From: Paramecium tetraurelia
Taxonomy: Eukaryota
Reading direction: 5' to 3'
NCBI GenBank assembly: GCA_000165425.1
Contig: CT868031.1
Coordinates: 124,001 to 188,000, forward strand
DNA: 64,000 bases
The position numbers and the translations under genes are program-made. The notes under the pieces are model-generated. The model ran no database searches and had not been told where the DNA came from. It saw nothing but the letters and a program-made list of their open reading frames with translations. Of this stretch, positions 1 through 14,132 are shown in pieces (position 1 is the stretch's first letter; every line of letters begins with the position of its first letter).

Positions 1-803
1 ACCAATATAATCAGAAGCATAATTCATAATTTAATTTGTGTCGAAGTTTTATCTAAATCAATTGTTACTTCTGATAAGTAACAATTTGATATAATAAGTT
101 ATTTCATTATTTTAAAATATTTATTGATGATCTTTATTAAGTCAAGATTCTAAAGTTCAATATTTAATTTTCTATTACTTAAGAAATTCGGTTTTTAAGA
201 AATAAATAAGTATTATATACTTATTCTAAATTTAATAGATAATTTTTTTATTGTGCTATCCTTTCTTAAAACGATAATATTTTTATTTATTTATTCTTAG
301 AATGATTATTCTATATATTTATTTATTTATTCATGATATTGATTCACTTCTTCAATAACCATCTCAAATCTTCTTATTTAAGTATGAGATCAGATTTCTT
401 ATCTGAATTTGCCAACTGCTATCTTATTTCTAACATTATTTTTAATTGACAAATATCTACTTAATTCAATTTATATATAAGACTTCACAACTCAATAGTT
501 CATTGACTAATTATCTATACTTCCTAAAACAGTCATATTGAAAAGATAAAGTATTTATAACTTTCAAATTATTTACAATTATGAATTTTACGAAGCTTAA
601 GATTTAAATTTCCCCGCATTTTACAACTTAAAAATATTACTATTAGATTAAACATTCCAGTAATTGTTATTAAGAGTATTATTTGAGTTTAGCGAGCTGT
701 TAATAATTTATATTTATAAATTATGAAATATCTAGATCTTGTAAATCATAAATATATTGGCAATATAAAACCAATCTTAATTTTTTTTTCTTTATTATTT
801 AAA

Positions 804-3010
804 ATGAATAATCAACAAAAATTCCACCAATAAACTAAACACAACAAACATATAAAAACTAATTAATTACTAATAAGGATAAAATTGAAAAGAAGTTTAT
901 AGCAGAATCTAATATTTAATTAGAATGCCAAAAAGAATTAGCTTAATTGTAGGAAGAACGTGGAAAGAAGTATGGTAATTATGTTTTGGGCATTTAAACA
1001 ATTCGTGATAACTAGAAGACTAAAACTTTTACAGTTACCTATGGTTGTGACAAATCTGCTATACCTTTATCAAATATTAGATTCTCTTCGCCAAAGCATA
1101 AAATTTAGATATTCAAACATTTGTACTTAATTTATGGGTTTTTGAACAAAGAACAAATGTTACATAGAAATCTTAAACCCAATAATATAATTTTGTATAA
1201 TCGATAATTATTACTTACAGATTTTGGTTTTAAATTAGGTAATTGGATGATTGATAAAATCAATTTTTTAGATAAAATTGATAGTATTCAACAGGATAAT
1301 ATGTATCCATATCTATCTCCAGAGATTGTAAACATTCTTGTCAGCTAAAATAGTTTTGGTCATAAAAGAGATGCTCTTAAAAACAGGCATTAATTATCTG
1401 TGAAAAAGCAGGATTAATTTGCAATCGCAATTATGATGTTAGAGGTCTTTATTCCTTTAAAGGATAGAAAATTAGCTACTGCTAAGGAAAGATAAGAGCA
1501 GATTAATGATATGAACTTATCCGACGATTTTTCAAATGAAGATGAAAAATTCATAAAAGCAACAATTTTAAGTCTCATATACTATAAAGATTTTAATGAA
1601 AATGATTTCTAAAATACATTAAAGGTTATTAATGAAATTGAATAATAGAGTGAAAATTACAAAATAAATAAATAGGAATTAATGACATAAGAGTATGATG
1701 AATAGGTCAAAAAAGTCTTAGCAAATAAAGATACTTAATTTAATTTAAAGCTACTTTATCATTTTAACATCAAAAACCTTATCGATTGCTAAAGTATTGC
1801 AAACAATCAAGAAAATAAAGAACTAATAGAAGAGATTACAAGATTTTAACTTCTCTATTCCTAAATTGATGACTTAAGTCTAGATACAACTGAGGAACAT
1901 ATTAATTAATTTACAAATGAAGATTTATTCATTTTATTAGTTTATTTGGATGAAAAAATAGAAAATTTACAAGATTCTTAAAATAAATTACCGCATCTGA
2001 TTATGTCAGAAGAAGAATAGCGATATCGTAATTTAAAATAATCTCTAAAGAAATAATATTAAAGATTGAATAGTTTAAGCAAAAACTAATTTACATTTAA
2101 TAAAATCTTAGAAAAAGAAGAAATAAAAGTTAATAGGAATAGTGTTGAAAATAATTCTCATTTAAATACTGATGATATATAACATGGGGTTGTTATTCAT
2201 TAACCCATTGAGTATGAATAAGACCAATGCTTTACTCCTATTTATCAAATAGATGATTAATCTAGTAAATAAAATCTTTTAGAAACAGTTAGAAGCACTT
2301 TCAATAATTCCACACTGCAAATTTATTTTGAAATTAACAAATGCTTGTAATAAAGATAAAAAAAAGCCTGGATTTATATGCATATAGATCATCCTAATGT
2401 TATTTATTTTGGTGAAAAAAAGGATAATGTTTTTGAAGGAGAAGTGATGTAGTTCCAAGAAGTGAAAAAAATTAAAATGATATCTCACTATGTTCATGTT
2501 AAAATACAATTAGACAGTTGGAATATATAAGACATTGAAAAAAAGTCATCAATTTATTATTACATAGAAAATAGAACCCCATAAAAGTTCTAAAAAGTTA
2601 AAGAATACTCAGGTTAAATTAAAAATGGGAAGAATGATGGAGAAGGAAAAGAAAAAGATTTTATTGAAAATATGGTTTATATTGGATAGTGGAGGGACGG
2701 ATAAATGTTCAATTAGGGAATTAAGTAGTTAATAAATACTGATTAAATATTATAAAATGCTCCCTATAAATGGGAAGGAAATTTCGAAAAAAATAAATTA
2801 CATGGGTAAAACATTAAGACCTACTTATTGAATTACAATAATAAAGAAGTTTGGTTAGAAGGAAGCTATTAAGATGGTTAAAAAAGTGGATTACATGTCT
2901 GTTACATGAAAAGGGGGATTAATTAATAAGTGTAACCATTTACACTTTACAGATCTCTGTTCTTTGTATTTTTAAATAAGGAACGCGAGCTTAAGTTAAC
3001 TTGCTATTGA
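804..3010 (+). CDS. Pseudokinase domain plus C-terminal MORN repeats (one apparent frameshift near 860)
   Basis: Code-6 translation gives LHRNLKPNNIIL (~1160), TDFGF, YPYLSPEI and QDQFAIA. After a linker come MORN-type repeats YSGQIKNGKNDGEGKE, YIGQWRDGQMFNQGI, WEGNFEKNKLHGQNI and LEGSYQDGQKSGLHV. TGA at 3008-3010. Confidence 0.8.
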
Positions 3011-3443
3011 TATTAATTATCATCATCCTTATCATCTAATATTTATTCATTTATATAATAATATTTGATTTATTTCTTATTCATTTTGATAAAATGATTC
3101 CATTTAACATAAGAATTTTTTTATATCCTCCATTGTCTTTAGAAAATACTCTATGTAAATGTTAATTATCTGTTTTCTAACAATTCAAGATAGAAAACTG
3201 TTTTACTATTAAGTTATTTAGATTAATTTCTGAGAAAATTTGAGGAATTTTTGAAGCGAGCATAAATACCAATGAATTTGAAGGAAGAATTCAACTTCAA
3301 CTACAGATTTCATAAGCAATAATTGAAATTTACTAAATTCAATGATTTTAAATGATTTCTTTATGATTAAGACCAATTAGGAAGAATAGATTGAAATTTT
3401 GGATAAATTGTATACTAATTTTTATTATATTGCACAAAATATT

Positions 3444-6400
3444 ATGCCTAATTTTATTTTTCCTTTACTTTACAGGAATAGGACACTTCAGAGTCATATT
3501 GTCGAGAATGTAATTGGGAATGATGATATTTTGGTGACAGCTGGTTAGAATGGGGAATTAGTAATTTGGAAATAGAGTCTAAATCCAAGAATAGTTATCT
3601 ATCCGAACTTGTCAAATGCATATGGAAAATTACTGACTATGAATTTAGTTCGTTTGCCTTTCCTTAACATTTTAGATAGAGCAGAATAATGTGTACTCGC
3701 AATCCATGAGGATAGGAGAATTAGAATATTTGATTGTCATGATGGACGCTGCGTTGGAATATCAGCACACGATAGTGCAGGACCAGTACAATACTGTGTT
3801 CCTTTAAGTTCCAATAATTGTAGATTTTTGATATTGGGGATGTAGAATGGTTTGAGTCTTTTCGATCTTTGGAAAATGAAGAGTGTAAAGCAATATGAAT
3901 GCAAAGTGCGTTCATTATGTTAACTCGATATTAATACAGTTTGTGTGTTGGATCAGGAAAACTACTTGCATCTTATCAATCTGTCCCCTCTAAACAATGA
4001 GAGATATTTGAATTTTAAGGAATTCAAGAGGAAGAGAGAGTAGATAAAATAAGATTTTAAAGAGCTTAAGTTGTGTGATGGATTAAAGAAACTCAAAATC
4101 GAAGGTATTTCAAGTAATCGTATCAGACATATGAGCTTTAATTAAGAATATCAACATTTGACTATCTTGATGCATCGATAACTTTACTTGGTTTTTGATA
4201 TCTTTGAAAGTCCATGGATATTATGTGTGAGTTAATCCAAGAACAACTAAAAGTTTGATAAAGTGTATTATTCGAAAGAGTGTCTCTACATAACAACCAG
4301 AAATGGAAGTGTCCTTGGTTTGGAATACAAAGACATTATATACCTGCTATCCATTTTGAAAGAACAATCTGATTTTGTATATGGATTTAAGGAGTTTTAA
4401 TTCACAAAAATTGCAGATTCCTAGTTCAGTAGATTGTAAGTCAATTTTTAAGAATTGATCACAGGCTCTGAAGATTAGAAAGTGCAAAACGGTATTTTTA
4501 TTCTGAAGACTCAGGTGTATTAATATAAAAACCAATGTTTATGTAAGTATAATTTAAAAGATGTGAACTTGGATATGTCATTGATTCGTATAAATTAACC
4601 GGATTCAGACATCAAATTCAATGGGTTTAAATGGTCCTTCAATACTTTTAGTGATTTGATTAAGATTGAAACGTTGAAGCAAGGATGCAAATAGGTTGAG
4701 GCATTTAATTTCAAAGAATTTGGTTAAGATGATTTGCTGTGGAATTTAGGTCAAATGACTACCAAGGAATTTTAGACTAAATATTTACCATATATTAATA
4801 TCGACACTTAAATTACATGTGCTTTTATTAGTGTAAATGAAGACAGTTAAATTTATTGGTTTGGTTGTAGTAATGGGATCATACTTGGATTTCCTACTAT
4901 ATATAGCAGTAAATCATACTTTATTTACAGAATCAAAATGGATGAAAAAGCAGTCACCTTTATATATTAAAAGGGAAAGTATTTAATTGCCAGTTCTGAG
5001 AGTGGATAATTTATAATAATGGATTACAGTCTAGTGTTTAATGAGAGAATGGGGGAACAATAAGTGGAATTCTTAGATTTGGAGCCAACATAGAGAATTT
5101 ACTTCCCAAGTTATGCAAAGAAAACAATAAGAATCCATAAATTGGAGAATGAATCTTATGAAGAAGTGTAGTCAAATAATTAGTAGTAAAAATTCTAAAA
5201 GATTGCCATTTTGATGGAGAATAATGTCATAATAATAATAAATTTTATAAGTTGGAGGAGTATAATTGAAATTGCATGGAATTAATCAATAGGTTTTGGG
5301 GTTGTATTATGAAGATCAAGGAGATTAGTGGTTTGTAGTAGTTTAAGGAGGGGAATCCTTGGTATTTGATTATAAGGGAAGATATTTGAGAACATTGATG
5401 ATAGAGTAGTACCATTCTCTATTTTAAGTGGAAAAGAAGTTGACTAAAGTTAAAGATAAAGTGATCAGCCATCATTACATAAGTGAGTTCAAGAGAGAAT
5501 TCAATAAGTCAATCAGCAAAGTCTATCGATTATTGGAGTTCCAATAAAGGAATAATTATATTAAGATGCAATCTCCTTATCCCAGTTTGTATGAAGTAGG
5601 AGGCTAGTTTAAACATTGGCAGTTTGAGGCTGAATAAGCAGCCAAGATGTTGTATTTGATAGATCACAACTCAGTAAAAAGCAATATGAGAATGTGCAAG
5701 TTTGTGGAAAACAGCATAGGAGAAATGGAATGGTGGGATTTGAAGAAATAAGGAGATAACAATAATTAGAATAGGTTATTTTTAATGCTCCATCCTTGGG
5801 AGGCTGATGGCTCAATTAAGTACATAGTTAGACTAGATATTGAATTATTAGAAACCTACATTCTCTCCTTTGATAGGTGTGCAATCAATGGGTTATTGTG
5901 TTAGTTTTGCATTCTCTCGTGGATGGGATGTGTCACCTTATTTCACTTCATAAAGAGCGATGTCATTGATGCATTTCTATCTGTCTTGTTTATCCAAGGA
6001 GGCTCAAGTATTCAATTAATTAATGATACAAACTGTTGAGTTGCTGACAAAGAAAAAGCAATTGTTGGATTAGAATTTTAAACCAATGGATTTATTTTTG
6101 TTAGCATAATACACTATAGATGAATCTAATGAAGTTATGAATGCCGCATGTAATTTAATACTGTCATAAATTAGAAAGTCTGATTAAGATATGCAAGAAT
6201 AGCATAAATTAATTAGAGAGCTGCTGGAACTCAATAAGGAGCAGCAAGGACACACCTTTTCAAATGTGGAGGTGATACTTCTTATGCTAGAATCCTATTT
6301 GACAGGGATGTGTTAGACTCTCTAATAGAGTGAAGATTTAAAGCGAAGAGTGATTCAAGGATTAAATCTCAAGAATTGCATAGTAAATCCCCACCTTTGT

Positions 6401-7295
6401 GCACCACTTCTTAAAGTCTTTGTAGATGTCCAATAACACTTTCGAAATACCTACAATCCATCAGACATATTTAGAAATCTATTCTTCATCTTCTTTCAAT
6501 ACAACACTGTAATAGAATACTCAGAGATTCTCACTTAGGGTGGTCAACAAATACAATCAGTTAATCTATTAAAAGAAATTAGTAAGCAGTCAGATGATAT
6601 GAAAAAAAGAATGAGACAACTTACAGCCAAAAGCATCATTCAAGTTGCCATTGCAGCCCCAGTTGATTTTACTAAAATATTAAACAAGGATATTGTCAAT
6701 TTGGAAACTCATTTATTTTATCCTTCGTCTATCATTGAAATCATAAGAAACTACATCAAATCATAACATAACAACATCCATAAACAATTACCCATCCTTA
6801 TGGATATAATTCTAAAAAGTCTTGATCCAAACAATCCCAATCTACGTAAAGTGTGTCATAGATCAGCTACGTATGCCTTATAAACTATTTGTAAAACCTT
6901 TAAGTGTGTCTGTTTCCATCAATAGACTTAAAAGATAGCAATTGGAGATACTCAAATCATAATCTATGACCTAAGAACTGCTGTCAAATGGAGAGTATTG
7001 GATGGACACAGTGGTTAAGTTAATTGTCTAGAATTCGATCATACAGGTAAACAATTGGCTAGTTTCAGTGACACTGATTGGAAGATTAAAATTTGGAAAG
7101 TCGGATCAACAGGGTATGGATATTAAATACATCATTAGATTCTTTGGAGCCATCATCGGAATACAAGGAAAACCAGCTAAAGATATGACTGTTAGATAAT
7201 AGCCTTTAGACCATCCCTAAATTTAATGGTCGCAAGACGATAGTAAAGTATACTTAATGTCAAATGGGCAATCAGTTGGACAATGTCAGCTATGA
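3444..7295 (+). CDS. WDR7: WD40 protein of the WDR7/WDR72 (Rabconnectin-3 beta) family
   Basis: N-terminal WD blades (LVTAGQNGELVIW, DRRIRIFDCHDGRCV). C-terminus IILKSLDPNNPNLRKVC...VCFHQQTQKIAIG...IYDLRTAVKWRVLDGHSGQVNCLEFDHTGKQLASFS is typical of WDR7. Short intron near 7113; apparent frameshift near 5240. Confidence 0.8.
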
Positions 7296-7347
7296 TTTAA
7301 AATAATTAACGTATTAGATATATATATATAATAAAATCTAATATTGC

Positions 7348-8704
7348 TCAATATTGTTATTATATTTATTATGAATATTGATTCCTAATACATGGTACTT
7401 CTTTCATCACGAAATCTTTTTTAGTTGTGCTCACAAATTGTTTCTCAAAAGCAGGTATTGTTTAGATCGGCTATATTAAATTTTCTATTGATTACTTCTT
7501 AAAAGTTCTTCACTTAGTAACATTTCTCCGTCATTTTTAAATCATGTGCTAATTTATTTTATGATTATCCTAAAAATAGATCTATCGTTGGAAATGGTCT
7601 TCCATTTGGGGGTTTTTGACTCTCTAATAACATATTTATCAATTACAGTGGTGTCAGCTTATTTGGGTGATCTGAATTCGCTACCATACGTAGTTGACGA
7701 ATTAAATTTTAATTCTGGGATCACAGTTTTATAATGACTCTATTTAAATTGTTCATGATGTAAGTCTCCGTAATCCATATAGAATTTCTAATTATTATCA
7801 TTATTTACATTATACGAAGTCATTGGAGTAGATCCATATGTAGCTTAGTATTTTTACTTTTCTTTAATGGTGTTTGGGAAGGCATCAAATTATTTATAAT
7901 CTGATGCCATTGTTGTTTTAAATTCATTCAAATCCAAAGATTGATAACGGCCAATGGAATCCAGATTCATTTTTAGTTCTTAATCCTTGATAGGTGCTTG
8001 CTTGAACTCTTGATTATAATGAGATTTCCATGAGATATTTGGTTTAATTGGCTAATACTCAAATTTGCATTTGCATTTTCCACAAGGGCATTAAACGCAA
8101 ATGCATTTCCCTATCTTTTATCATTTAATCATATACCTGCCAAATGCATGACAAATGCTTGATAATCAGATAAGTGTTGCTCAACCATACATTGAATGTG
8201 ATCATTATTATTTTCTTCAGATAGTTGCATCTGCATAGGATCTATTTATTCTGTTAACATATTTTAATCTTGGGGTTCAAGTTGATTAAGCATATCATGC
8301 TAAGTATTCATATGATGTTCTGGCTGTTTTCTTAGAGTCTAATTGCTTTCAGATTCTAATCGGGGCAATTATTATGATTACGATTAGTGGTGTTTTCGAG
8401 CAATGTTAGACGTTGGTGTGGGGATGGGAGTAGGAATGGATTATTAATATTATTCTAGTGGAATGGCTTGGTTGCTAGATCCTTTAGTTCTTATCATAAT
8501 TCTTTTGCCTGGCTTGGATAACGTGGAGCTTGATGAAGAAAATGTTTATCTGAACAGTTGCATTTCTTTGTGCTTTTTTTGAAGAGTGGTCTGTCTTTCA
8601 ATTTCACTTAAACGACGTTGCTTATCTATGAAGGATTCCTTAACATCAATTGAATAATGCCCTTGTTTTGTTTTGAGTTTTTAGATTATATGTTCAGGAA
8701 TCAT
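7348..8704 (-). CDS. SAXO/STOP (FAM154)-like microtubule-stabilising protein
   Basis: CICVQCPCGKCKC motif followed by repeated modules of the type KSHYNQEFK, KTTMASDYK, SSTYGSEFR, STTKKDFV. Short intron ~8112-8137; homopolymer frameshift ~7851. Confidence 0.7.
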
Positions 8705-8756
8705 TGTTTTAATAATAAAAAATTAAAATAATCTTTTATTTCTTGATTTTTAAGCA
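8705..8756. promoter_or_regulatory. Putative bidirectional promoter (52 bp between divergent ATGs)
   Basis: SAXO-like ATG (minus, 8704) and RPS15A ATG (plus, 8757) are separated by a short AT-rich spacer. Confidence 0.55.
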
Positions 8757-9204
8757 ATGGTGAAGATGAATGTTTTGAATGATTGTTTACGATCAATCGT
8801 AAATGCTGAAAGGTTTATAATGCATCTAAATATGATTTTAGATAAGGAAGAAAGCAAGTGTTGATCAGACCTACATCAAAATTGGTAGTGAAATTCTTGT
8901 AAGTGATGCAAAGACATGGCTATATTGGAGAATTTGAAATCGTTGATGACCACAGAAGTGGCAAAATAGTTGTTGAACTATTAGGTAATTGCATAGCCTA
9001 ATCAAAACAGGTCGTATCAACAAATGCGGAGTGATCTCTCCTCGTTATGATGTTACCTTGGGAGAATTCGAAAGATGGGCTAATAACATTCTTCCCGCTA
9101 GATAATTTGGATGTGTAGTCCTCACAACCAATGTTGGCATCCTCACCCACGAAGAAGCAAGATAAAGACACATAGGAGGTAAAATCCTTGGTTTCTTTTA
9201 TTGA
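8757..9204 (+). CDS. RPS15A: 40S ribosomal protein S15a (uS8)
   Basis: [29 protein letters not shown]...[38 protein letters not shown]...GGKILGFFY; two short GT-AG introns. Confidence 0.98.
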
Positions 9205-9241
9205 CACATTTGCATCAGTACATTATAAATTTAATACGCCT

Positions 9242-9855
9242 TCAATGAATAAAAGAAATACTCATAATCCTATTCTTAAAGAAATAAATTGGTATTTGCA
9301 TACTAGATTCCCTTGGATCAACTATGGCTATCTTTTCTCTTTATATCAAAAAGATTTCTCCTTTAGTTGCATTTAGAAATTTAACCTCTATATCAAATAA
9401 ACAATTCTAAAAACTATTATTCGGTTGATTGATTAGATTTGAAATCAACACCTTCATTCTCTAATTATCTTCAAATACATTTACTTACACTTCTCTACTC
9501 AAATTATTATTTGATTTTGGTTCATTAATAATATTCAAACTATATTTAATATTTTCTGAAAGTAACCATAATATTTTATCACACATCTATTTAATTATTG
9601 GGAACCATAATCTAATTCAGCAAAATTCTGAAAAATTGCTTATCTCCCATACATTATTATTTCAGTTCAAGTTTTTGGATGAATCCTAAAAATTTAATTA
9701 TTGCACAACCCTTTCTATATAGCTTAAGTGTCTTCCATTTTTAGGATTAGCTTCCACTTATCCTGAAAAACTCATAGATTTCTTATTCTGGAATCCCTAA
9801 AATATTTTTCATGAGGGAATTTTCTACTAAATTAGAAATCCAATAAATTCGCATA
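9242..9855 (-). pseudogene. Possible decayed gene remnant
   Basis: Coding-like reading segments on the minus strand broken by TGA and frameshifts, in an intergenic gap that is unusually long for this genome; no family recognised. Confidence 0.3.
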
Positions 9856-10152
9856 ATTTTAAAATCTATATTTTTTCATACTGAAATTGGATTAACAAAA
9901 TTAATTTCGAATGTTAAATAATTTATATTCTCAATAAATTATGTTATAAAATATGAAATATGTCATTGACATTCTTTTCTGTATATTTCAATAAAAAAGT
10001 TGAGGACTATCAGAAACTTTTATAATAACTAGACTCGGGCTAAGAATTTATGATATATTACTGATAATTTATCATCAAAAATCTTTTGTGATAATTTACT
10101 TGAAATCAATAGTTTATTTATTTTTAAATATATTTATTTTAAGTATTGATAA

Positions 10153-13100
10153 ATGTTGAGAATAATATTAACTTTATTTTTAGAAGTATCATTATCTTAT
10201 CAATAAGAATAAAAACGATATTGTCACAATGATGAAAATTTCTATTTAGGATAATAATTCATCCCTTTTTCCTTTGAAAATGGAACTAAATTTGAAAACA
10301 AATTAGAATAAGATCAAGAGATTTTATAATTAATTGCGAAGGTATCAATCTCTAATTTAAATGATAAAAGAGAATTAGTCTTAAAATAGTTTTAATAAAA
10401 CTAATTAGAGTTAATCTTTAGGGATGAAGATCATTATCTATGTAAATAAATTGCTTTTGTGTTTAATTTACAAAACAACAGGTTGACACACTATGAAGAA
10501 ATAATAATAGGCTAAATAACATTCTAGTTACCTCTTTGCACTAAATTTATAAGAATGTATGAAATTAATCAATAAATATTTATTTTTTGTGAAGAGGAAC
10601 TCTATATTTAGCTCTTCGTTTTAGAAAGAGATAAAGAGAATAATAGTTAACATCTCTCAATAACATCAACTTCTATAATGAATAAAAAATAAAATTGCGA
10701 TTACTAGTTATAATACCAATCCAATATTTATTTAGCTATTATAAATTGCTAGGATTGGATTATTTATGTAGTACAAAATAATAATTTTGAAATATTTATT
10801 TAATCCGATAATTTACATAACAAAACTCTAAAGTCATTTTCAGTTCAGGAAGAAATTTTACTTTAATTTGAGTTTGATATTTATAAAATTCATGGGTAAA
10901 GTAAAAGATGGCTTTATACGAGCTAGTCACAATAAATCTAATCGTTTTTTAGTCAAAATAAATAATATGTAATTTTTTTCGAAGGAGAAAATAAAATAGA
11001 GTTAAAGCAAGGTAATTTTGATTATATTTTATTAATTACGAATGAATAAATTCCTAAACAAGTCTTACATTTAGGTGATAAAATAATTATCAATTATGGT
11101 GCTTATTTATAAGTGCTAGAGAGAATTGATGCCTCATATATTCTACATCTTTCTATAGATAATTTAATCAATGATCTATTAAATTATCCATTTTTTTATG
11201 CTTTTGATAAAAATGAAATAATTTTATTAAAAAAAGGCATTCCAAATCCAACTCTTTCATGCAAAGAAATGATAAAATCTGATTCAATTTTCTTCATAAT
11301 TAACGATTTATTTTCACCAAGCAAAGTTTTTAAATTTTAAATCACAAATGAGAATAAATTTATTTAGAATCTATAGATTAATACTTATTTGAGAAATTCC
11401 ACTTTTTCATTCCAGTTATACAAACCTTTGATTGCTAAAAGATATTTTACTTCTAAAATTTATACTTTTGATGAAACTAAACTTAATTGTCAACAATAAC
11501 AAATAGAGGAATAATTCAATTGTAAGGATATTTTTATTAGCAATATAAATTGGTACAAAATAAAGTATTATAAGGAATTATATATTCTAGTTTAGGATTT
11601 TAATTAGAAATTATATATAAAAAATTGTAATTAAAATCTATTAATGGAACTAGGAAGATTTGAAAATTTTGAAATAAATAATGTATATGAAATTAGAAAT
11701 CAGTTCTTTATCATTTTTTCTAATTAATCTAAGATATTAGTGATTAATTGTTAATTTAATTCTTTCAATTTAACAATAATAGAATCTAAAATACAAATTA
11801 CAAATATTATTTAGGAGAATCTAGAAGTATATCTAATTTCAAACACTTGTGTTAAGTACGTCCTAATAAACAAACAACTGTCTTTGTATTAATTTAATTA
11901 GTATGTACCATTAGATGGAACATGCATCAAAACTTAATTCTTCAATGACTTTTTAGGTTATGTTCACAATGGAGTATTTATTTTGAGGAAGAATTATATT
12001 ACTAACATAATAAAGTTTGAAAATGTTTCTATAGTTAATATCATCAAGATAAGTACACTTTAATATCCTTTTATAATTCATTTTAAAAATTAGGATGGTG
12101 AATATTTCAGTAAATACATTTTCATACATAGTCAATTTATAAAGCTCTATGATATTCCAAAGCTAAATTACTAATATTCATCTCCTTTGATTTATAAAAT
12201 CTATAAATTCTTTATAATTGTGGCTGCATATCATAATTTAGGTAACCATGTACTTTTAGTTTATTATATTGATACGGATTATTTAAATATATTGATTGAT
12301 GTTATTTAAGTTGATAATTTTAATTTCTATATGTCTGAAGAGGATATACTGATTTATAATTTTGAGAAATAAATTAAAATGATAGATATAAAATTTGATC
12401 AATTTATTTGTGAGTAAAGTTTATTTCCTGAATTTACTAAGAAAATAGAATTTTCTTTAAATTTAACTTCTAGCTTCAATGAATCTAAATATTAAATATC
12501 AACAGCATATTTAAACCTTTATAATTTAAATAAGAATTTATCACCTAAAAGATCTAAAGCACATTCACTTTAATTGGAGATGAAAGAGTCAGAATTCCCT
12601 TTGGATCCTAATTTGTATATAGTTGGACCTATTGATAAAATTGTTTCCTTTGATACTGATTTAATAATAATTGATCCAATTTAAAAATTAGATCAACTTT
12701 CGGCTTAATAATGTCAAGAACTCAGAAATTAAATCTGTATTAATTCAAATCGCAAGCAATTAATCTTAAATCCATTCTCAACTTAATAAATATTGACTCT
12801 AGCATTAGAAAATAATTATGAAATAAAGCATGTCATAAAATTTTAAGATCTTATTTTCATTTTATAAAAATACTAGGTGTTACAATTTAATATTTTAGTT
12901 TATAATACTCGAGATAATACTTATTTTAATTTTTAGATCCCTGGGCAATGTCTTGAATTTATAAATATGTAAATTCATCTAAATTTGTACATTATTCTAT
13001 GCCCCTTCCATATTTTTTTTTATAAAATACATGAAGATTCTTTGGAACCATTTTCATCTCTTAAAACAGAATGTAATAATTGTATTATAATGGAAATCAC

Positions 13101-13872
13101 CAATTCAGAATAAGCATTTTTATATTTAGAAAACAGAAATGTGGTAGATTCAATTTCTCTTATAACATTTTATGATGACATTTATCATGATTATTTGAAT
13201 AGAACTAAAGAACAGATATATAAATTTGTTACAGAAGAATACTCAACATATACAATTTAAAATATGACTTTAGTTAATGATAGTTATTATGAGCTTCTAG
13301 TCATGAAATAGGATATATAAGGATTTTTGTAATATTATATAGCCGTTTTGGATGATATAGATGGCATAGTCAAATTAAAGAACGAATACGTTCTTATTAG
13401 ACATTTCCAGTATCAATTTAATGTAAAAAATATACTCTTTTTAGGCTCTGACATTATTCTAATTCATTTAATTGATTTTTCTTAGAATAAAGTTTATTTA
13501 TATAATGTCTCTGATGCATTAAATTTAAAATAAATAGATTATTTCTTTAGTTTTAATTTAGATTTTTCATAATAAATGTTACCTTATGATGATTAACATT
13601 TTGTTATCTATTCCACTGTATAAAAAGATTACTGTTTGTATAAAATAGTCCCTTACGAATTGAGGTTAAAAGGAGAAAAATAAAATAACATGATTATTGA
13701 ATTTTAAAATTCAGTATCATCACTACAATTCTAAATAAGAAAGAAGCCGCATATTAAATACTACATTTAAAGTATTGTGATTGGATTTACAATGTTAATT
13801 TTGTTCCTTTTAAAATGCTTGAAAAGGAACAAACGCCTAAATTTGAATAAATCAAATGAAATAAATTTATGA
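10153..13872 (+). CDS. Large type-I single-pass membrane protein (~1240 aa), uncharacterised
   Basis: Signal-peptide-like MLRIILTLFLEVSLS, a long open code-6 frame rich in beta-strand patterns, C-terminal TM SIVIGFTMLILFLL followed by basic KCLKRNKR, and TGA at 13870. Confidence 0.8.
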
Positions 13873-14132
13873 TAACTATTCTCAAGGGATTAAAATAAAA
13901 ATAAGTAACACAAAATTGAAATATAATAAAAGTTAATTCTATTTTTATTAAAGGGTTCAATAATATACGAAATAAATATATATGCTATGTGCATATACTT
14001 AGTATTGTATAATCTAGAATATCTTCACATCTATGGATATATGAGTATTCACTTCAAGTCTGCAATTTCTTCATATTATAATTGATTCAAAATAGTGCAA
14101 CAATTATATTTGTATTTTATTATTAATATTAA

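Noticed and set aside
3094..3356. Possible tiny gene between the pseudokinase and WDR7
   Set aside because: Needs a frameshift to be open and has no recognisable motif.
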